Under the pieces are notes generated by a model. It searched no databases and was not told the DNA's origin. It was given only the letters and a program-made list of their open reading frames with translations. Shown piece by piece: positions 9,882 through 18,868 of a stretch of DNA of 60,427 bases. This DNA is from Deltaproteobacteria bacterium (lineage in GTDB: Bacteria; Desulfobacterota; Syntrophobacteria; BM002): contig CP070692.1 of NCBI GenBank assembly GCA_020353215.1, positions 66,139 through 126,565 on the forward strand, read 5' to 3'. Every line of letters begins with the position of its first letter. The stretch's first letter is position 1. The position numbers and the translations under genes are program-made.

Positions 9882-10328
9882 TCACATCCGCTTCTTCCAC
9901 GCAAAGTAATCAGCCAAGATCCGACCGTGATCAAAAGCTAGCGGCGAGGGGAGATTACCCTCGGCGAATACTCCCACTTCTCGTGCATCATCGGCTGCCC
10001 TCGGCTCCCCCCTGGCCCGGGCCACAAAAACTACTGTGACCGTATGGTGTCTCGGATCTCGATCCGGCGCTGAGTAAGCTCCCAGTTGCCCTGTGAGTTC
10101 TACATCCAGCGAGGTCTCTTCTCGGGCCTCGCGCTGCACCGCCTCCTCGAGTGACTCGCCGTAATCCACGAATCCACCAGGAAGTGCCCACCCGTAGGGC
10201 TCTTTGGCGCGTTGGATCAAAACCAAGCCCTTGTTTTCAAGTTCAATAACGATGTCCACGGTCAGGAATGGATTCCGGTATCTGGAAACCGGACGGCCGC
10301 AATGAGGACAGATGAGTTCTTCTTTCAC
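9882..10328 (-). CDS. NUDIX hydrolase with N-terminal CxxC zinc-ribbon-like motif
   Basis: The Nudix box GGFVDYGESLEEAVQREAREETSL is present, preceded by CPHCG. The start is GTG at 10328. Confidence 0.85.
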   Translation of the reverse strand: MKEELICPHCGRPVSRYRNPFLTVDIVIELENKGLVLIQRAKEPYGWALPGGFVDYGESLEEAVQREAREETSLDVELTGQLGAYSAPDRDPRHHTVTVVFVARARGEPRAADDAREVGVFAEGNLPSPLAFDHGRILADYFAWKKRM

Positions 10329-10478
10329 AAGTATTTGCTCTGCTACATCAAAATCAAGGTTTGCACTCTAGCCCTTTCGCGGAAAAGACCTGAACATCTT
10401 GCACGTCCTTTCCTGTGCAATCACGAATCTTATGAGAGGATCTGTGGCACCATTATCATGACTCATCGTAATGGCCTC

Positions 10479-10613
10479 CTAACATACTCCGTCTAGGTAT
10501 TCCTCTAAGAGTCTTAGCATCAGTTGCTTGAGTGAGACCCCCTCCAGCGCAGCCCTTGCCTTTGCCCTCCGGTGCGGATCGTCAGGTACATTCCTGAGAT
10601 TGATTGCAGCCAT
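10479..10613 (-). CDS. 44-aa ribbon-helix-helix protein (FitA/VapB/CopG-like antitoxin or small repressor)
   Basis: This ORF is below the 60-aa cutoff of the supplied track and was found by manual translation: MAAINLRNVPDDPHRRAKARAALEGVSLKQLMLRLLEEYLDGVC. The INLRNVPDD..RR.KARAA.EG.SL pattern is the typical RHH beta-strand plus helix. AAGGAG lies 7 nt upstream of the ATG. Confidence 0.55.
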   Translation of the reverse strand: MAAINLRNVPDDPHRRAKARAALEGVSLKQLMLRLLEEYLDGVC

Positions 10614-11161
10614 GTACTATCTCCTTCGTGTCCAGTGTATCACTTGAGTCAGACATGTCATCTCTTTTTTCTTACTCCCCAGGGGGCTCACCCTTGCAGC
10701 AAACCTCATCGCCACAACATGGGTTCGATCCTGATGGGTTCTCCACATCTCGCGCAGTGAACTCCTATAGATTCCAAGTCAGATTTTGTTACTCGCTGAT
10801 ATTTCCCGCCACAAGTGCGCTCTTCCGTGGAGTCTTTGATATAGAGACTATCCTTGAGCTCCCGCCAGCATCTTAGACAGTCTATTTCTCATCTGGTCGG
10901 TCGAAGGTCTTACTTATTCCCCTACGGCAGATTGCGATTACCTCTTCAGCCTTGCTTTCTTCGATGAATCTCTCCTCTGTTCCTAACGCCAACTATTGAG
11001 ACCATCCACTGTCACTAATGCCTGAAAGAGGAAAGTCCTGAATTCATTTTCCTTGACAGCTTGGATCCATTTTGGTTTCTCTGAAGTCTGAGTTGAGGTT
11101 TACCGTTACCTCTGGAATAGAATGCTGGGCTAGTTTGGAGCTGAATGGCTGGTTTAACCTT

Positions 11162-11458
11162 ATGCCGGAGATAATTTTTCTTCCCAAAGAGAAACTCTAT
11201 CCTCGATTTGGCTACGCTTTACCCCTAGAGCAGGTTGCCTACGTCAGAAAGGATCTGCCGGGACCCGTCAGAGAATTCGTGACCTTTCATGAACTCTACC
11301 ACCTGAACGACACGTCACGATGGTGGGTTTGGAGGGAAGTCAAGGCAAATGTGGCCGCAGCGCTGAAGCATCCACTCGGCTTCATCATTTGTGTAATTAT
11401 GAGTTTAGCGCCTTATCGGTTGAAGTATTACTGGAAGAGACTTAACAGCAAGGCTTGA
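11162..11458 (+). CDS. hypothetical small protein with an HExxH motif and a C-terminal hydrophobic helix
   Basis: The ORF contains FHELYH (HExxH) followed by a Trp-rich segment and a TM-like stretch LGFIICVIMSLAP. The ATG at 11162 is preferred over the TTG at 11072. No family was recognised. Confidence 0.4.
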   Translation: MPEIIFLPKEKLYPRFGYALPLEQVAYVRKDLPGPVREFVTFHELYHLNDTSRWWVWREVKANVAAALKHPLGFIICVIMSLAPYRLKYYWKRLNSKA

Positions 11459-11578
11459 TGTGGATGAGGCGCCAGATACACCGATTTCCCAGCGGGATGA
11501 CGTCACGTCCGCTGCTGAGTTATGATGGACTGCTGCTGAAACCTTGCCAATGTTCAAATTGGACGGAGATGTTGGTTA

Positions 11579-12538
11579 TTAGTGTTGGATCTCGAATAGT
11601 CGACTGATGGAATCTTCGTTGTGGATACTTTTGATTGCTTCGGCAAGTAGTCTCGCCGAGGAGAGTACTCTGAGGTTGGTGAGCTTTTCCTGCGCGTTGC
11701 GCTTCGGCAACGTATCGGTGACTACCAGTGTTTGCAGAGGGCTCCGATGCAACCTTTCCAGGGCAGGACCCGAGAGCACCGCATGGGTGCAGCAGGCATG
11801 TACCTGCTTGGCGCCATTCTCCAATAGCGTCCGGCCCGCTTCCACCAAGGTTCCAGCAGTATCCACCATATCATCCAAAATGATCGCAGTCTTTCCCTTG
11901 ACCTCGCCGATCAGATGCATTGCCTCCGCCTGGTTGTCTTCCAAACGGCGCTTGTCGATAAGTGCCAGACCGGCGTCGAGTCTTCGCGCATAAGCACGAG
12001 CCCTTGGGACTCCCCCCGCGTCCGGGGATACCATTACCAGATTGTCTCGAAAATGCTCGACTATGTAAGGCATAAGAATCGGAGAAGCGTAGAGGTTGTC
12101 CACAGGTATATTGAAGAATCCCTGTATCTGTCCGGCATGCAGATCCATTGTGAGTACCCGATCCGTTCCCACCGCGGTGATCAGGTCCGCCACCAGTCTC
12201 GCGGTGATGGGCACCCGGGGTTTGTTCTTGCGATCCTGCCTCGCGTAGCCGTAGTAAGGCATCACCGCAGTGATTCTACGGACAGACGAACGTTTCAGGG
12301 CATCGATGATAGCTAAGAGCTCCATAAGGTGATCGTTGACGGGCTGGGCAAGGGATTGGACGACAAAAACGTCTGTACCCCGGACGCTCTCGCCAACCTC
12401 AACGAGGATTTCGCCGTCACTGAATCTAGCTATTCTTGCTCGGCACAACCCTATTCCGAGATAAGCACACATGCTTTCAGCCAGTTCCAAGTTACTGTTG
12501 CCGCTAATAATCCTAAGGCCCACCGTTGCCATGTTCAA
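11579..12538 (-). CDS. prs: ribose-phosphate pyrophosphokinase
   Basis: It has the motifs MPYYGYARQDRK and DLHAGQIQGFF, plus the PRPP-binding loop IILDDMVDTAGTL. Confidence 0.95.
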   Translation of the reverse strand: MNMATVGLRIISGNSNLELAESMCAYLGIGLCRARIARFSDGEILVEVGESVRGTDVFVVQSLAQPVNDHLMELLAIIDALKRSSVRRITAVMPYYGYARQDRKNKPRVPITARLVADLITAVGTDRVLTMDLHAGQIQGFFNIPVDNLYASPILMPYIVEHFRDNLVMVSPDAGGVPRARAYARRLDAGLALIDKRRLEDNQAEAMHLIGEVKGKTAIILDDMVDTAGTLVEAGRTLLENGAKQVHACCTHAVLSGPALERLHRSPLQTLVVTDTLPKRNAQEKLTNLRVLSSARLLAEAIKSIHNEDSISRLFEIQH

Positions 12539-12748
12539 TGCTCCTTGTAGTAAGATTTCGGCCAGCTACCATAATACGGAGTAGGGCAATTGGCAAGCCA
12601 TCAGCCCAGCCTTGCTCAAAAAGTGAACAGTCGATGGCTCATCGTCACGTGGCACACCGCTCAGTTCTTACGACTCTTAGCTTACCGGACGTTACGGCGC
12701 CTCAACTTGATGACCCTGCGACTCTAAACCCGTTCTTGCTAGGCGACT

Positions 12749-13123
12749 TCAGTGATCACCACAGTGATCGCAGCACTTCACTGTATCGGCCAGCGATCTC
12801 ACTACCTCTCTCGGCTCAGCCTTGACCACCTCAAGAATCTTAATCTCAAGCTTGAGCCGGTTCTCAAAACCCGGACGTTGATCCTGCCCTAACAGCCTGG
12901 ATGCCGCTGCCGCAGCTGCCTCTGACTCCAGGAGTATTTCTAGGATGTCTCCTACTTTCAGGTTATCCAGTTGTTGATCCACCCCGTCGATCCAAGATTC
13001 AACTCCATAGAGAAAGCGGTGTGTACCAGAAGTTTCTGCAACTCGGCTGCCTCCCGTTTCCGGGGGCAGTCTAAACTCCACCGTCACATAATGCAGGGGC
13101 AAGACGCATATCGGCATTGACAC
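12749..13123 (-). CDS. short FKBP-type (SlyD-like) peptidyl-prolyl isomerase candidate with a Cys/His tail
   Basis: The pattern V.VEF.L......F.YG....I.G....L...KVGD....L and a terminal beta-strand LKLEIKILEV resemble SlyD/FKBP. The C-terminal CCDHCGDH resembles SlyD metal-binding tails. The assignment is tentative. Confidence 0.45.
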   Translation of the reverse strand: MSMPICVLPLHYVTVEFRLPPETGGSRVAETSGTHRFLYGVESWIDGVDQQLDNLKVGDILEILLESEAAAAAASRLLGQDQRPGFENRLKLEIKILEVVKAEPREVVRSLADTVKCCDHCGDH

Positions 13124-13485
13124 AATCTCCCTTTATTTGACCCACATTCTGCGGAGAGCACTAAATAGTCTGCATTTTGATGAGGTACGGATCATGAAGT
13201 ATTTTCTGTGGTTCCAAGGCTGCCGTGGTTCTCTGCAAACAATATTATGCTCTCATTAATAAGTCATATCGGCCGTTTGCGATGGTATCTGCTCGATCGG
13301 GTCCCGTGACCTTCTTTCCCCTGCTCATGGTATTGACCCATCCCTGTCCCCACCATAAGCTGTCGTCTACCTGATGGCCAAACGTTTTCCTCGGAGCAAG
13401 GTCAACTCTGAAATACCATCTAATGGTTTGATTTTTCCTCCATTTGCCGCTAGTATCAGCCAATCTCGATACTTGAGCAGCAGAT

Positions 13486-13980
13486 ATGGGACGACGAACA
13501 ACGAGCAGAGAAAAGTCCACCGGGTATATACTGGCTTGGCTCCTCCTATCTGTCTTTTGCCTGTCTGCCGTGGCAACCCCGGAGGGTGTCAAGGACACGG
13601 GTCTCGTCCTGACGAACGAAAAAGGGGAAAACGTACGTTTAGCTGAGGTGGTTGACAGCAAAGCTACCTTGCTCTATTTCTGGGCCACTTGGTGTAAGCC
13701 TTGCCGAAAAATAGAGAAGAGTGTGTCAGCCTTTGCCCGCAAGTATAAAGACCAGATTCAGGTGTTGGGGATTAACGTGGGTGGTGTGGATTCCCCGGAG
13801 GACGTCAGGCAGTATCGCCAGCGCTACCGAATCGCCTACCCGCTGTTGCTGGACCGCAATAATGAGACGGTCGAGTTCTACCGCATTTTTGCAATCCCAG
13901 ACTTCATTCTTCTTGATAGAATGGGTGAGATCCACTACCGCGGCACTACTCCACCGGCGAAACCGGAAGGTGTCCTTTAG
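13486..13980 (+). CDS. TlpA/ResA-like thiol-disulfide oxidoreductase (thioredoxin fold), exported
   Basis: It has an N-terminal signal/anchor sequence and the active-site motif FWATWCKPCRKI (WCxxC). Confidence 0.8.
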   Translation: MGRRTTSREKSTGYILAWLLLSVFCLSAVATPEGVKDTGLVLTNEKGENVRLAEVVDSKATLLYFWATWCKPCRKIEKSVSAFARKYKDQIQVLGINVGGVDSPEDVRQYRQRYRIAYPLLLDRNNETVEFYRIFAIPDFILLDRMGEIHYRGTTPPAKPEGVL

Positions 13981-13992
13981 AAGCCTCGAATC

Positions 13993-14199
13993 CTAACTGT
14001 TGGCCGCGTTGTCCCCGGAATTATCCGGATACTCTTCCTCCTTGCCCTTGCGTTTTAGATAGTTCGCCGCACAACTCATCAAGATGAGCATGCCCAGAAC
14101 CAGGGGCATGAACTCACCTTGTTTATAGGCGCGATATATACCCACGCAGACCACTGCAATGCCTGTCAATGTACTGGCCACCAGCAGCGGAATATTCAT
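13993..14199 (-). CDS. hypothetical small membrane protein (two predicted TM helices)
   Basis: The 68-aa ORF has two hydrophobic segments and a charged C-terminal tail. The SD (GAGAG) is weak. Confidence 0.35.
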   Translation of the reverse strand: MNIPLLVASTLTGIAVVCVGIYRAYKQGEFMPLVLGMLILMSCAANYLKRKGKEEEYPDNSGDNAANS

Positions 14200-14538
14200 C
14201 CTGCTCTCTTTCTGAGCGGAGTCGGTACAGAAATAGTCAGGGTTGTGCGAGAGTAACCATTGCCCAACAATCAGCCATCTAATGAGCCTCTTACTTGAGC
14301 CTGGGCGAGACAGAGTGCCTGAAGTCTCGACTTAGAGAACTCCCCTACGGTTGAGATGCCGAAGACCGGAGTGTTGAATAACTTACTCCGACCCCGGGTT
14401 GGATATTGTCCACTCGGAACCAGGAACTACTGGATATCAAGCGTCTGCAAATCCTTTGCTTGTGTATCACGGCGACGAGTTTCCAAGGTTCTGCTGTTGC
14501 TGAACGCAGAGGGTTTACGGCTGAGCGTTTGCGGTTGC

Positions 14539-14703
14539 TCAACTCTTCTTGGAAGTCTGGACCATAAACTGGGTGATTTGTTGCTTGACCCTTCCTTTAC
14601 CGCATTCCGGACACTTCACCTTACCCCTCTCATATTCCCTCACTGACATCACAACGGTAAATGGCTTCTTGCATGTTAGGCACTGGTACTCATATGTAGG
14701 CAT
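14539..14703 (-). CDS. FmdB-family zinc-ribbon protein (CxxC...CxxC)
   Basis: This ORF is below the track cutoff and was translated manually: MPTYEYQCLTCKKPFTVVMSVREYERGKVKCPECGKGRVKQQITQFMVQTSKKS. MPxYEYxCxxC....CPxCG is the FmdB signature. GGAGGAGG lies upstream of the ATG. Confidence 0.75.
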   Translation of the reverse strand: MPTYEYQCLTCKKPFTVVMSVREYERGKVKCPECGKGRVKQQITQFMVQTSKKS

Positions 14704-14849
14704 ATCGACACCTCCTCCCCCCCTGGACCTTTCAATGCTTACACGAGTAACCCTACCTCGTCGTTCTTTCGCGACGTTTTGCCGCGATTATAGCGAGCGA
14801 TGAACTCTCCTGTCAACGAACATTGGTTAGACGGGTTTGGGTCTGTAAC

Positions 14850-15644
14850 TTAGCTAGGTTTGCGGGCGGTCACCAGCATGCGTCTAGTGAGCAGACCGTA
14901 ATCCTTGGCCGTCGGGTGGGAGATCAAGGTGCCTTCAAAGCTGATTCGCTGAAATCCACTGTCGGCTAAAAGCGTTTCTAACTCACGGCGCCGAAACAGG
15001 CGGGCAAAGTAGTTAATATCCCGAACAAGACCGCGCTGCTTGCTCAGCACCATTTCTCGAACCACAATCCCGTCGTCACGCAGATTGCGCTGCCGGCAGA
15101 CCACCACATCTTCGTCAGCCTCGTGCCAACTGCTCGTTTTGAACTGCTGGCGGGCGTAGTCACTGTCTATCAAGTCGAGAAGTAGATTGCCGCCCGGTTT
15201 CAACAGGCGGCAAATCTCCAGCAGGATTCTTTGATTATCCCTATCTTCGGCAAAGTAACCGAAAGAATTTCCCATGACCAGTATCACATCGAATATCCCG
15301 GCTGCCAATCCCACTTCGCAGGCGTCAGCCCGACAGAAATCGATTTCGCAGCCCATCCTCCTCGCATCTCGAATGCCGACCCGAAGCAACACTTCCGAGT
15401 AGTCCACCACCGTAACATTCCTGTGACCACGCCGATTTAGTTCTATGGCATGCCGCCCCTGACCGCCGCATAGATCTAGAATCCGATCCTGAGGGTTGAG
15501 CCTAATGACTTCCAGGATCATATCGATCTCCGCAGAGGTAGTTTCTGGGCAACACACACTGCGGGCATCAGTTATGAGGTAGATCTCGTCAAAGACTCGC
15601 TGCCACCAAGTCCTATCGTATTCTTCCGGGTTCAATCTAACCAC
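14850..15644 (-). CDS. class I SAM-dependent methyltransferase
   Basis: It has motif I ILDLCGGQGRHAIEL and post-I VVDYS, with a Methyltransf_11/25-like layout. Confidence 0.8.
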   Translation of the reverse strand: MVRLNPEEYDRTWWQRVFDEIYLITDARSVCCPETTSAEIDMILEVIRLNPQDRILDLCGGQGRHAIELNRRGHRNVTVVDYSEVLLRVGIRDARRMGCEIDFCRADACEVGLAAGIFDVILVMGNSFGYFAEDRDNQRILLEICRLLKPGGNLLLDLIDSDYARQQFKTSSWHEADEDVVVCRQRNLRDDGIVVREMVLSKQRGLVRDINYFARLFRRRELETLLADSGFQRISFEGTLISHPTAKDYGLLTRRMLVTARKPS

Positions 15645-15721
15645 CCTATGGTTTGTCCTTGAAGTGGGTTAAACGTTTCTGCTTCCGCTGACAGAGGTTC
15701 TTGCCATATGCTACGTGCCCC

Positions 15722-17110
15722 TTACTCGTCTGGATGGCAGCCAAAAGAAAATAGGCCATCGCTCGCCATTAGAGCCGGTTGTCCCTTCCAAGGAGCCATT
15801 CTGGCAATGGCTTCTTCTTCAGGGGAGATATGGACAAATTCGTCCAATTTCCCTTCACTCCACCAGTCAGCAAGCTTGATGGCGTCGGCCCAGAGGTTGT
15901 CACAGTACACCCGCAGTGCTTGTACCTGGGTCTCATTGACTAATCGTGGTCGCCATGCCGTCATGATGGGACCCAAGAGGTAGGTGTGTCCCATGGCCAC
16001 TGCCCGCTCGTCTACTTCCTGTCTGATTTCCTCAAGAATTCTGTAGGGGATCCGACAGATGGCCTCGTTGATTTGGGCGGTCACCTCTCCCACAGGTGGA
16101 GATCCAGGAAGAAAGGCTAGCGCCTGCGTACCTCCCCCGGCTCCAACATTTGTGGGAATGCCACCGAAACGTCCCAAGAAACCAATTAGGCCTTCATCCG
16201 TGATCAGACAGCGAAAATCGGTCTGCCAACTCCGCAAGCCTACACGCTGTTCTTCAGGGAAAAGCCAGGGCGAGTCTTCAGCCCATAAGTCTAGCGGTAC
16301 CAACTCCTGGACAATATAATTGTCTGCCCTGAGGGCATGCTCAAGGTCTGCATCCGGATTCACGCTCTTGAATCCAATATAGATTCCTTCGCCAGAGTAG
16401 CCTTGCACCGGTTTCAGCACCAGACGAACCCAATTCTTCCTAGTCCATGCTACTAGGTCCGGGATGGCTTCACCCTTTGGCCCGGTGGTGGCCCGTTCAT
16501 AAAATTGCCTAGTCCAAGGCGTCCTGTCCAAAGTGGTGTCGTGTAGGTGGACGGCGAGGGAATCGGTAACCGCCTCAAATAACCCTTTGGCGCCGGCAGG
16601 TTCCATGCCGCGTGGATTGACGACCAGCCCATCTTTGATCGCCTGTCTCAGTGCCGTCAGAGCCTGATCCTTTTCCATTTTCAGGAGTACATCGTTATTG
16701 AAGTCCATGAAGATCAAGGTAACTTCGACTCCCTTATGAAACGGACGTTCTCGGTGGTAATCCAGCTCGTCAGGTGCTGCCAGCGCCGCTGAGACCTCAG
16801 GCAAAGTGCTCAGATACTGGACAAAATTGCGATTTTCAACCACGCTCTCCAGGGTCTCCGGTTCGGCCACCAAAACGATGTGGGCCGGTCCGCCTTTTTT
16901 GCGTAGTTGATGCGCTCTGAGCAAAGTTCGAGCAAAGTTGGGCACCGGATTCAGGTAATGGTGGGCAAAATCCAGGACAATATCCAGGTTCATATGTGCC
17001 TGAAGACGTTGCCAGGCCAGCTTACCCAGTTCCTGCGTAATTCTTTGGTACTCCCAACCGCCGGGGCTCCCAAGGTTCCACTCCGAGTGATAGCCTAAGA
17101 AGTCTTCCAC
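15722..17110 (-). CDS. conserved hypothetical protein, ATP-grasp-like (possibly circularly permuted) amide ligase candidate
   Basis: The long ORF has good coding character. GYSGEGIYIG and DFRCLI...GFLGRFGGIPTNVGAGGGTQ resemble the ATP-grasp phosphate-loop and Mg-binding regions. The function is inferred only. Confidence 0.6.
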   Translation of the reverse strand: MEDFLGYHSEWNLGSPGGWEYQRITQELGKLAWQRLQAHMNLDIVLDFAHHYLNPVPNFARTLLRAHQLRKKGGPAHIVLVAEPETLESVVENRNFVQYLSTLPEVSAALAAPDELDYHRERPFHKGVEVTLIFMDFNNDVLLKMEKDQALTALRQAIKDGLVVNPRGMEPAGAKGLFEAVTDSLAVHLHDTTLDRTPWTRQFYERATTGPKGEAIPDLVAWTRKNWVRLVLKPVQGYSGEGIYIGFKSVNPDADLEHALRADNYIVQELVPLDLWAEDSPWLFPEEQRVGLRSWQTDFRCLITDEGLIGFLGRFGGIPTNVGAGGGTQALAFLPGSPPVGEVTAQINEAICRIPYRILEEIRQEVDERAVAMGHTYLLGPIMTAWRPRLVNETQVQALRVYCDNLWADAIKLADWWSEGKLDEFVHISPEEEAIARMAPWKGQPALMASDGLFSFGCHPDE

Positions 17111-17194
17111 TTACTTCCCTCCTGATTCGTGATCCGTGCCTGCTAGTATCGTCGGCGTGAGCCTCCTCTTTCCCCATTTGGCCTAAACTGTCAC

Positions 17195-18868
17195 TCAACA
17201 CTTGGCCAGAGCTTCTTCACCGTTACTGCCGATGAGGTTTTCGAGCCGCCAAGCCACCAGATGAAACGGTAACTCGCCACCTTCGAGGAGGAGACGGTGA
17301 AAGCGCTGCCAGCCCAGCTTGGGAAGGAAATGCTGTCGCAAGTTTAGAATCTCATACTTGCCCAGGCTGTAGCAGAGTTGATATCCAGGGTTCAGACGAA
17401 ATCGTTCCACCTGGCTCATTGCTTCATCTGCTCCAAAACCGACTGAGACGAGTAGGCTCGCTGCCTCTTCGGTCGAGATCCGTTGCAGAGCTAGTCCTGT
17501 ATCGATAAGGCAGCGAGCTGCACGCCAAAGTCGACGCTTGCAGTCAACCAGACGTTCCAGGGTCTCTTCCACGTAACCGGAGTCTATTAGGATCGATTCA
17601 GCGTAGTAAGCCCAACCCTCATAAAAAAGTGGTGATTCTATCTGACGCCGAACTGGGTTGTCCAGGCGCCGGCGGATGCTGTCCAGTAAGTGATGACCAG
17701 GGTAGGTCTCATGCGCAGAGAGAAATCTGTACTCGCGATGTAGCCGTTGCCTGCGGAGTACGTCTAGTTGTGAAGTGCTGCAGGCATTGCCACTGGTAAT
17801 ATAGAAATAGGCCCGCTCGCGAGGATCCACTCCCAGCGGCGAGCTATATGAGGCTGCACTTCTCACCGAACGCAAGTAACTGGGGGTCTCCGCGAGCACT
17901 ACTTGCTGGTCACTATGACTGGCCAACATGTCGACGTCAAGGCAGAATTTACGCAGACTCGCTATTTCGCTACCATAGAGTCCGAAAAGATCCGCTTCAT
18001 CCCCTTCTGCCGGTTTGTAGCTTTTGTAGAGTTGCTGCCACTCTAGCTTGGGATTGACGACTCGCCGGAGCTGTTCCATTTCTTCCTGGTCACGCTGCCA
18101 TTCTTCTTTGGCGATGGCGAAGATTTCCTCGAGAGGTCTTGGACACCCGTAATGTCGCTTTAGCAGTTTCTCCACCGAAACATCCGTCACAGATTCAGCA
18201 GATGCCGGACCGATTACCCGCAATTGCTCGGCAAAGGTACTGAGCGACTCCTGCGCCTCCTTACACGAGAGGTGCAACCCTGTGCTGTTTCGCTCTGAGT
18301 GCAGATCTCGGGCGATTTCTTCTAGATACTGAGTGGCGTCCCCGGACATTACAAGCGCAGCTTTGTAGTACGGGGCCGGTATATTTTCCAGATTCCTGCC
18401 AGCCTCTTCCAGCAATCTGTGCAACCCATGAAGTCGCTCCGCCGTTCGAGCGAAACGCTCCTCTTGGTTTGAGCACGGTTTGTTTAGAGCTTGATCAACA
18501 CCGATGCAGGCAATTTTTAGGTAAAGAAGAGGGTTGTGACGCCAGGATCGGACCTCCTCCAACTCGATGAGAATACCCGCCATATTGTGGAGCAAAAGCT
18601 GGCGATCGATCTCCTCCTCGAAATCTCGAGGCGCTGGCTGTCTCTTTAGTTCTGCCTGGAGATCACGTACAGTTTCCACCGCGGTCGCAATTGCGCCCGG
18701 GCTCAAATCGTCCATACGGTCGAGAAATTGTGCAGCGCTTTGGACTCGAGGCAGGAATTGAAATTCATCACTGGCACACATGATTGGAAAGGATGCGGCC
18801 AGTAAGGAGAAGTATTCATCAGCTATGCGGCTCAACTCACGTTCAATTTCGTTGGCCATCTCTTGCAT
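17195..18868 (-). CDS. DUF885-family protein (putative metallopeptidase-like)
   Basis: The motif HETYPGHHL is typical of DUF885. The longest ORF runs to 18949, but the Cys/Trp/Ser-rich first 27 aa look non-coding. ATG at 18868 (MQEMANEIE) is preferred. Confidence 0.75.
   Translation of the reverse strand: MQEMANEIERELSRIADEYFSLLAASFPIMCASDEFQFLPRVQSAAQFLDRMDDLSPGAIATAVETVRDLQAELKRQPAPRDFEEEIDRQLLLHNMAGILIELEEVRSWRHNPLLYLKIACIGVDQALNKPCSNQEERFARTAERLHGLHRLLEEAGRNLENIPAPYYKAALVMSGDATQYLEEIARDLHSERNSTGLHLSCKEAQESLSTFAEQLRVIGPASAESVTDVSVEKLLKRHYGCPRPLEEIFAIAKEEWQRDQEEMEQLRRVVNPKLEWQQLYKSYKPAEGDEADLFGLYGSEIASLRKFCLDVDMLASHSDQQVVLAETPSYLRSVRSAASYSSPLGVDPRERAYFYITSGNACSTSQLDVLRRQRLHREYRFLSAHETYPGHHLLDSIRRRLDNPVRRQIESPLFYEGWAYYAESILIDSGYVEETLERLVDCKRRLWRAARCLIDTGLALQRISTEEAASLLVSVGFGADEAMSQVERFRLNPGYQLCYSLGKYEILNLRQHFLPKLGWQRFHRLLLEGGELPFHLVAWRLENLIGSNGEEALAKC

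Noticed and set aside
10722-10745. GGGTTCGATCC, resembling a tRNA T-loop
   Set aside because: No 5-bp T-stem can be formed around it. No acceptor or anticodon arms are present.
11026-11042. GAGGAAAGTCC, resembling the conserved P4 motif of RNase P RNA
   Set aside because: The flanks (…TGAATTCATTTTCC) do not continue the conserved GGGCUC sequence. No complementary P4 strand or other RNase P helices are detectable.
14345-14542. 65-aa TTG-initiated minus-strand ORF overlapping the FmdB stop
   Set aside because: It has Ser/Arg-rich composition, no SD and no recognisable motif.
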